A stretch of 64,000 nucleotides of DNA, from NCBI RefSeq assembly GCF_009914755.1, contig NC_060926.1; one strand, given 5' to 3'. A model generated the notes under the pieces. The model saw only the letters and a program-made list of their open reading frames with translations, did no database searches and was not told the DNA's origin. The stretch comes from the human T2T-CHM13v2.0 reference genome, Homo sapiens. Both the position numbers and the translations under genes were made by a program. Each line of letters opens with the position of its first letter. Positions within the stretch are counted from its first letter, which is position 1. Shown here one piece after another: positions 55,275 to 64,000 of the stretch.

Positions 55275-58200
55275 ATGGAATCATCAAATGGAATCGAATG
55301 GAGTCATTGTCTAATGCAATCGAATGAAATCATAGTATGGAATCCCATGAAATCAACATCGAATGGAATCGATTGGAATCATTATCAAATAGAATTGAAT
55401 GGAATCACTGAATGGAATCATCAGCAAATGGACTCCAACGGAAACATCGAATTGACTCTAATGGAATCATCACTGAATGGAACAGAAAGGAATAATCAAA
55501 TGGAAACGAATGGAATCATCATCGAATGGAATCGAATGGTATCATCAAATGCACTTGAATGGAATCATCAATGAATGCAATCGAATGGTATAATCGAATG
55601 GAATCAAATGGAATCATCTTCGAGTGGAACCTAAAGGAATCGCCAAATGGACTCCAATGGAATAATCATCATATGGAATCGAGTGGAATCATCGAATGTA
55701 CTCGAATGGAATCATCGAATGTACTCGAATGGAATCATCGAATGGAATCGAATGGAATCATGGTCGAACGGAAAAGAATGGAATCATCAAGTGGACACGA
55801 ATGGAATCAACATCTAATGGAATGGAATGGAATCATCAAATAGAATGGAATGGAATCATCATCGAATGGAATAAAATGGAATAATCAAATGGAATCAAAT
55901 GGAATCATCAATGAATGGAATCGAATGGTATCATGGAATGGAATTGAATGGAATCGTCTTTGAGTGGAATCTAAAGGAATCACCGAATGGACTCCAATCA
56001 TCAGATGGAATCGAGTGGAATCATCGAATGTAGTCGAATGCAATCATCATCGAATGGAATTGAATGGAATCAACGAATGGAATACAAAGGAATCATAGAA
56101 TGGACTCGAATGGAATCATCATTGAATGGAATGAAATGGAATCATCATGGAATGGAATTGAATGGAATCATGGAATGGACTCAAATGGAATCATCATCGA
56201 ATGAAATCGTATGGAATCATCGAATGCAACTGAATGGAATCATTGAATGGACTTGAAAGGAATTATTATGGAATGGAATTGAATGGAATCATTGAATGGA
56301 CTTGAAAGGAATCATCATCAAGTGGAATCGAATGGAATCGTTGAATGGACTCGAATTGAATCTTTGAATGGAATCGAATGGAATCATCATTGAATGGAGT
56401 CAAATGGAATCATCATCAAATGGAATTGAATGGAATCTTCATTGAATGGACTCGAATGGAATCATCATCAAATGGAATCTAATCGAATCACCAATGAAGG
56501 GAATCGAATGGAATCATCATCGAATGGAATCGAATGGAATCATCAACAAGTGGAAACGAATGAAATCATCGAATGGAATCCAATGGTGTCATCGAATGGA
56601 CACGAAAGGAATCATCGAATGGAATCAAATGGAATCACCATCGAATGAAATCAAATGGAATCACCATCGAATGGAATGTTATGAAATCATCTCATGGACT
56701 CGAAGGGAATCATCATCGAATGGAATCGAATGGAATCATTGAATGAAATGGAAAGGAATCACCATCGAATGGAATGTTATGGAATCTTCTAATGGACTCA
56801 AAGGGAATCATCATCGAATGGAATCGAATGGAATCATTGAATGCAATTGAATGGAATCATCATCAAATGGAATCGAATGGAATCATCGAATGGAATCTGA
56901 ATGGAATCATCAATGAATGGAATCAAATGGAATCATCTAATGGACGTGAATGGAATCATCATCGAAAGCAATGAAATGTAATTCAATCGAATGGACATGA
57001 ATGGAATCATCATTGAATGGAATCAAATGGAATCCTCATCGAATGGAATCGAATGGAATCATCAAATGGAATAGAATGGAGTCATGGTCGAATGTGATCG
57101 AATGTAATCATCGAATGTCATCGAATGGAATCATCGACTGGAAAAGAATGGAATCATCATCGAATGGAAATGAATAGAATCACAGAATGAAATCGAATGG
57201 AATCATCATCGAATGGAGTCTAATGGAATAATCATCGAATGGAATAGAATGGAATCATCGAGTGGACACGAATGGAATCATCATTGAATGCAATCGAATA
57301 GAATCATCAAATGGACTTGAATGGAAACAACATCGAATGGAATCGAATTTAGTCATTGAATGGCATTGAGTGGAATCATCATTGAATGGAATCTAAGGAA
57401 ATCATCGAATGGACTTCAGTGGAATCATCGAATGGACTGGAGTGGAATCATCGAATGGACTCGAGGGGAATCATCATTGAATGGAATCTAGTGGAATCAT
57501 TGAATGGACTCGAATGGAATAATCGAATGGGCTTGAGTGGAATCATCATCAAATGGAATCAAATGGAATCATCAAATGGACTTGAATGGAAACAACATCC
57601 AATGGAATCGAATTTAGTCATTGAATTGCACTGAGTGGAATCATCATTGAATGGAATATAAGGAAATCATCGAATGGACTCGAGTGGAATCATCGAATGG
57701 ACTCGAGGGGAATCATCATCGAATGGAATGGACTGTAATCATCGATTGGACTCGAATGGAATCATCATTGAATGGAATCGAATGGAATCAACGAATGGAC
57801 TCGAATAGAATCATCATCGAATGGAATCGAATGGAATCAAAGAATGGACTCTAATGGAGTCATCATCAAATGGAATCTAATGGAATCATCTAATGGACCT
57901 GAAAGGAATCATCATTGAATGGAATCGAATGGAATCATCGAATGGACTCGAATGGAATCATCATCGAATGGAATCTAATGGAATCATTGAATGGACTCGA
58001 ATGGAATAATCGAATGGGCTTGAGTGGAATCATCATCAAATGGAATCGAATGCAATCATCAAATGGACTCGAATGGAATCATCGTCAAATGGAATCGAAT
58101 GGAATCATCATCAAAGGGAATCGAATGGAATCCTCATCGAATGGAATCGAACGGAATCATCATCGAATGGAATCACCAAATTGAATCGAATGGAATGATC

Positions 58201-61200
58201 GTCAAAGACAATCGAAGGGAAACATCGAATGGGATTGAACGGAGTCATCGAATGGAATCGATAGGAATCATCGAATGGATTCAAATGGAATCATCATCGA
58301 ATGGAAACGAACGGAATCATCGAATGGACACGAATGGAATCATCATCAAATAGGATTGAATGGAATCATCAAATGGCATCGAATGGAATCACCATTGAAT
58401 GGAATCGAATGGAATCATCGAATGGCATCGAATGGAATCATCATCGAATAAAATCAAATGGAATAATCGAATGTACTCGAATGGAATCATCAAATGGATT
58501 TGAGAGGAATCATCATCGAATGGAATTGAACAGAATCATCAAATGGACTCGAATGGAATCCTCATTGAATGGAATCGAATGGAATCATTGAATGGAGTCG
58601 AATGGAATCATCAGCAAATGGAATCGAATGGAATCATTGAATATCAACGAATGGAATCATCATCGAATGCAGTCGAATGGAATCATCAAACGAACTCGAA
58701 TGCAATCATCATAGAATGGAATCGAATGGAATCTTTGAATGGACCTGAATGGAATCATCATCGATTGCAAACGAATGGAATCATCATCAAATGGAATCAC
58801 ATGGAATCATCAAATGGAAAAGAATTGAATAATCATAGAAAGGAATTGAACAGAATCATCGAATGAAACCGAATGGAATCATCATCGAATGGAATCGAAT
58901 GGAATCATCATCGAATGGAATCGAATGGAATCATCAACGAATGGAACCAAATAGAATCATCAAATGGACTCGAAAGGAATCATCGAATGGACTCGAATGG
59001 AGTTGTCATCGAATGGAATCAAATGGAATCATCGAACGGAATTGAATCGAATCATCATTGAATGAAACCAAATGGAATCATCGAATGGACTCGAATGGAA
59101 GCAATATCAAATGGAATCGAAAGGAATCATGGAATGCATTCAAAGGGAATAATCAAATGGACTCAAATGGAATCAACATCAAGTGGAATCGAAAGGAATC
59201 ATCGAATGGACAGGAATGGAATCATCATCGAATGGAATCGAATGGAATCATCGAATGGACTTGAATAGAATCACTATCTAATGGAACCGAATGGAATCAT
59301 CATGGAATGGAACCGGAAGGAGTCATCATCAAATGGAATCCAAGGAAATCATTGAATGGACACGAATGGAATCATCATCAACTGGAATTGAATGGAATCA
59401 TCGAACGGACTCCAGTGGAATCATCGGAGAATGGAATCAAATGGAATTATCAAACGGACTCGAATGGAATAAACTTTGAATGCAATCGAAGGGAATCATC
59501 AAATGGAATTGAATGCAATCATCGAATGGAATCGAATGCCATCACCGAATGGAATCCAATGGAATCACCATTGAATGGACTCGAATGGAATTATCATTGA
59601 ATGGAATCGAATGGAATCATCGAATGGACTCGAATGGAATCATCATCGATTGGAATCAAATGGAATCATCGAATGGAATCGAAAGGAATCATCATCAACT
59701 GTAATGAACTGGAATCACTGAATGGAATCGAATGGAATCGTCATCAAAAATAATCGAATGGAATAATCAAATGGAATCAAATGCAATCAACATCAAATGG
59801 AATCGAATGGAATCCTAGAATGACATCGAATGGAATCCTCATCGAATGGAATCAAAGGGAATCAATATCGAATGGAATCGAAAGCAATCACTGAATGGAC
59901 TTGAATACAATCATCAAATGGATTTGAAGGGAATCCTCATTGAATGGAATAGAACAAAAACATTGAATGGACACGAATGGAATCATCATCGAATGGAATC
60001 AAATGGAGTCATCAAATGGACTCGAATGGAATCATCATCAAATAGGATCATCAATAAAATGGAATCGAATGGAGTCATCGAATGGACACGAATGAATGAA
60101 CAAATGGACTCGAATGGAAACATCAAATAGAATCGAATGGAATCATCGAAAGGAATTGAATGGAATGATTGAATGGACACGAATGGAATCATCTAATGGA
60201 CACGAATGGAATAATCATAAAATGGAATCGAATGTAATCATCAAATGGACTCGAATGAATGGAATCATTGAATGGACTCGAATGGAATCATCGAATGGAC
60301 TCAAATGGAATCATCATCAAATGGAATCGAATGGAATAATCGAATGGACTCGAATGGAATCATCAAATGGAATCTAACCGAATCGTCATCGAATGGAATC
60401 GAATGGAATCATCGAATGGAATTGAAGGCAATCATCATCGAATGGAATCGAATGGAATCATCATCAAATGGAATCAAGCGGAAGGAATCATCAAATGGAA
60501 TCAAATGGAATCATTGTTGAATGGAATGGAATGGAATGGAATCATTGAATGGAATTGAATGGGATCACCAATGAACGGAATCAAATGGAATCATCTTCTA
60601 ATGGAATCGGAAGGAATCATCAAATACACTCGAATGGAATCATCATCGAATGGAATCGTGTGGAATCGTCGAATGAACTGGAAATGAATCATAATCAAAT
60701 GCAATTAAAATGAATCATCATCGAAAGGAATCACATGGAATCATCATCGAATGGAATCATACGGAAACATCACAGAATGGAATTGAATGGAATCATCAGT
60801 TGGACTCGAATGGACTCATCAAATATACTCGAAGGGACGCGTCAAATGGACTCGAACGGAATCATCATCGAATGGAATCAAATGTGATCATCGAAAGGAC
60901 TCGAATCAAATCTTCAAAAGGACTCAAAGGGAATCATTGTAGAATGGAAATGAATAGAGTCATCAGACAGCCTCGAATGGAAACATCATTGAATGGAATT
61001 GATTGGAAACATCGAATTCACTCGAATGGAATCATCATCTGATGGAATTGAATGGAATCATCGAATGGACACAAATGGAATCATCATCAAATGGAATCCA
61101 TTGGAACGATCGAATGGAATCGCATGGAATTATCAAATGGAATCGAATGCAATCATCATTGAATGGAATCGAATGGAATCATCGAATGGTATACAAAGGA

Positions 61201-61789
61201 ATCACCATTGAATGCCCTCGCATGGAATCATCATCATATAGAGTAGAAAGGAATCATTGAATGGACTCGAATGGAACCATCATTGAATGGAATCACCAAA
61301 TGGAATCAAATGGAATCATCATCAAATGAAATCAAACGGAATCATCAAATGGAATCGAATGGAATCATCATTGAATGGATTCGAATAGAATCTTTGAATG
61401 AAACTGAATGGAATCAGCATGAAATGGAATTTAAAGGAATCATACAATGGTATCGAATGGAATCATCATCGAATGGAATGGAATGGAATGGGATGGAATC
61501 AGCATAGAATGGAATCAAAAGCAATCATTCAATGGAATCTAATAGAATCATCGAATAGACTTGAATGTAATCATCATCGAATGGAGAAGAATGGAATCAT
61601 CCAAAGGACAGAAATGGAATCATCCTCGAATGGAATCGAATGGAATCATATAATGGACCCGAATGGAATCATCATTGAATGGAATAGAATGGAATCGTCA
61701 TCGAATGGAATCATATGGAATCATCTAATGGACCCGAATGGAATCATCATCGAATTGAATAGAATGCAATCATCATCAAATGGAATCGA
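55275..61789 (+). repeat. Higher-order unit U10, 6515 bp, type A
   Basis: Collinear with U1 apart from 52-bp (~58880) and 26-bp (~61790) deletions (6593-78=6515). Confidence 0.9.
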
Positions 61790-64000
61790 ATGGAATCATC
61801 AAATGGAATCGAATGGAGTCATTGTCTAATGCAATCGAATGAAATCATAGTATGGAATCCCATGAAATCAACATCGAATGGAATCGATTGTAATCATTAT
61901 CAAATAGAATTGAATGGAATCACTGAATGGAATCATCAGCAAATGGACTCCAAAGGAATCATCGAATTGACCCTAATGGAATCATCACTGAATGGAACAG
62001 AACGGAATAATCAAATGGAAACGAATGGAATCATCATCGAATGGAATCGAATGGTATCATCAAATGCACTTGAATGGAATCATCAATGAATGCAATCGAA
62101 TGGTATAATCGAATGGAATCAAATGGAATCATCTTCGAGTGGAACCTAAAGGAATCGCCAAATGGACTCCAATGGAATAATCATCATATGGAATCGAGTG
62201 GAATCATCGAATGTACTCGAATGGAATCATCGAATGTACTCGAATGGAATCATCTAATGGAATCGAATGGAATCATGGTCGAACGGAAAAGAATGGAATC
62301 ATCAAGTGGACACGAATGGAATCAACATCTAATGGAATGGAATGGAATCATCAAATGGAATGGAATGGAATCATCATCGAATGGAATAAAATGGAATCAT
62401 CAAATGGAATCAAATGGAATCATCAATGAATGGAATCGAATGGTATCATGGAATGGAATTCAATGGAATCGTCTTTGAGTGGAATCTAAAGGAATCACCG
62501 AATGGACTCCAATCATCAGATGGAATCGAGTGGAATCATCGAATGTAGTCGAATGCAATCATCATCGAATGGAATTGAATGGAATCAACGAATGGAATAC
62601 AAAGGAATCATAGAATGGACTCGAATGGAATCATCATTGAATGGAATGAAATGGAATCATCATGGAATGGAATTGAATGGAATCATGGAATGGACACAAA
62701 TGGAATCATCATCGAATGAAATCGTATGGAATCATCGAATGCAACTGAATGGAATCATTGAATGGACTTGAAAGGAATTATTATGGAATGGAATTGAATG
62801 GAATCATTGAATGGACTTGAAAGGAATCATCATCAAGTGGAATCGAATGGAATCGTTGAATGGACTCGAATTGAATCTTTGAATGGAATCGAATGGAATC
62901 ATCATTGAATGGAGTCAAATGGAATCATCATCAAATGGAATTGAATGGAATCTTCATTGAATGGACTCGAATGGAATCATCATCAAATGGAATCTAATCG
63001 AATCTTCAATGAAGGGAATCGAATGGAATCATCATCGAATGGAATCGAATGGAATCATCAACAAGTGGAAACGAATGAAATCATCGAATGGAATCCAATG
63101 GTGTCATCGAATGGACACGAAAGGAATCATCGAATGGAATCAAATGGAATCACCATCGAATGAAATCAAATGGAATCACCATCGAATGGAATGTTATGAA
63201 ATCATCTCATGGACTCGAAGGGAATCATCATCGAATGGAATCGAATGGAATCATTGAATGAAATGGAAAGGAATCACCATCGAATGGAATGTTATGGAAT
63301 CTTCTAATGGACTCAAAGGGAATCATCATCGAATGGAATCGAATGGAATCATTGAATGCAATTGAATGTAATCATCATCAAATGGAATCGAATGGAATCA
63401 TCGAATGGAATCTGAATGGAATCATGAATGAATGGAATCAAATGGAATCATCTAATGGACGTGAATGGAATCATCATCGAAAGCAATGAAGTGTAATTCA
63501 ATCGAATGGACATGAATGGAATCATCATTGATTGGAATCAAATGGAATCCTCATCGAATGGAATCGAATGGAATCATCAAATGGAATAGAATGGAGTCAT
63601 CGTCGAATGTAATCGAATGTAATCATCGAATGTCATCGAATGGAATCATCGACTGGAAAAGAATGGAATCATCATCGAATGGAAATGAATAGAATCACAG
63701 AATGAAATCGAATGGAATCATCATCGAATGGAGTCTAATGGAATAATCATCGAATGGAATAGAATGGAATCATCGAGTGGACACGAATGGAATCATCATT
63801 GAATGCAATCGAATAGAATCATCAAATGGACTTGAATGGAAACAACATCGAATGGAATCGAATTTAGTCATTGAATGGCATTGAGTGGAATCATCATTGA
63901 ATGGAATCTAAGGAAATCATCGAATGGACTTGAGTGGAATCATCGAATGGACTGGAGTGGAATCATCGAATGGACTCGAGGGGAATCATCATTGAATGGA
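61790..64000 (+). repeat. Higher-order unit U11 (partial), type A
   Basis: Landmarks at +6515 from U10 (55987/62502, 56774/63289). Cut off by the window end. Confidence 0.88.

Larger units (their letters stand above)
1..64000 (+). repeat. Human Satellite II (HSat2/HSATII) pericentromeric tandem array, GAATG-rich strand on +
   Basis: Continuous diverged GAATG pentamers arranged as 10/13/16-bp modules (GAATGGAATC[ATC]0-2), giving the 23/26-bp monomer ATCATCGAATGGAATCGAATGGAATC, with frequent GGACTCGAATGG. The reverse complement is the CATTCGATTC signature of HSat2 rather than the long (CATTC)n runs of HSat3. The multi-kb unit fits an HSat2B-like array better than the ~1.8 kb HSat2A unit (inference). 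Confidence 0.97.

Noticed and set aside
10-63489. Hundreds of short + strand ORFs (MESSNGIEWNH-type peptides, up to 229 aa at 15723-16412)
   Set aside because: These are translations of the GAATGGAATC repeat, which is ATG-rich and stop-poor. They overlap in all three frames, have no recognisable domain, and are freely broken or fused by indels between copies. I used them only as positional landmarks.
1-64000. CRISPR-like or prokaryotic repeat-spacer system
   Set aside because: There are no unique spacers, no invariant direct repeat and no cas genes. All of the sequence is satellite-derived.
1-64000. HSat3, alpha satellite or telomeric repeat assignment
   Set aside because: Long (GGAAT)n runs are rare and ATCATCGAATGG monomers dominate. 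I saw no 171-bp monomer, CENP-B box or TTAGGG tract.
1-64000. Inversions or embedded Alu/L1 insertions
   Set aside because: No switch to a CATTC-rich + strand, poly(A) tail or non-satellite island was seen on reading the window.
1-64000. Specific chromosome or species assignment
   Set aside because: This cannot be determined without alignment. The ~6.5 kb unit only suggests an HSat2B-like hominoid array.

Overview
The whole 64 kb is one uninterrupted, single-orientation array of human/hominoid classical Satellite II (HSat2). It is built from GAATGGAATC, GAATGGAATCATC and GAATGGAATCATCATC modules (CATTC-derived 23/26-bp monomers) and is rich in TCGA and its TTGA/TCAA decay products. I see no genes, RNA genes, transposon insertions or CRISPR arrays, and the ORF track is an artefact of the repeat. 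The informative structure is a ~6.4-6.6 kb higher-order unit present as 10 complete copies plus one partial copy (starts 10, 6603, 13216, 18217, 23817, 32429, 38918, 43880, 50343, 55275, 61790; lengths 4.9-8.6 kb). The copies fall into two structural haplotypes, type A on both flanks and type B in the centre. They also show shared rearrangement junctions, chimeric units, an out-of-phase 6,489-bp duplication and longer-range matches at ~25.7 kb and 55.2 kb. All distances were obtained by manually comparing landmark motifs and ORF-track coordinates, not by alignment. I found no evidence of a novel protein-coding system.
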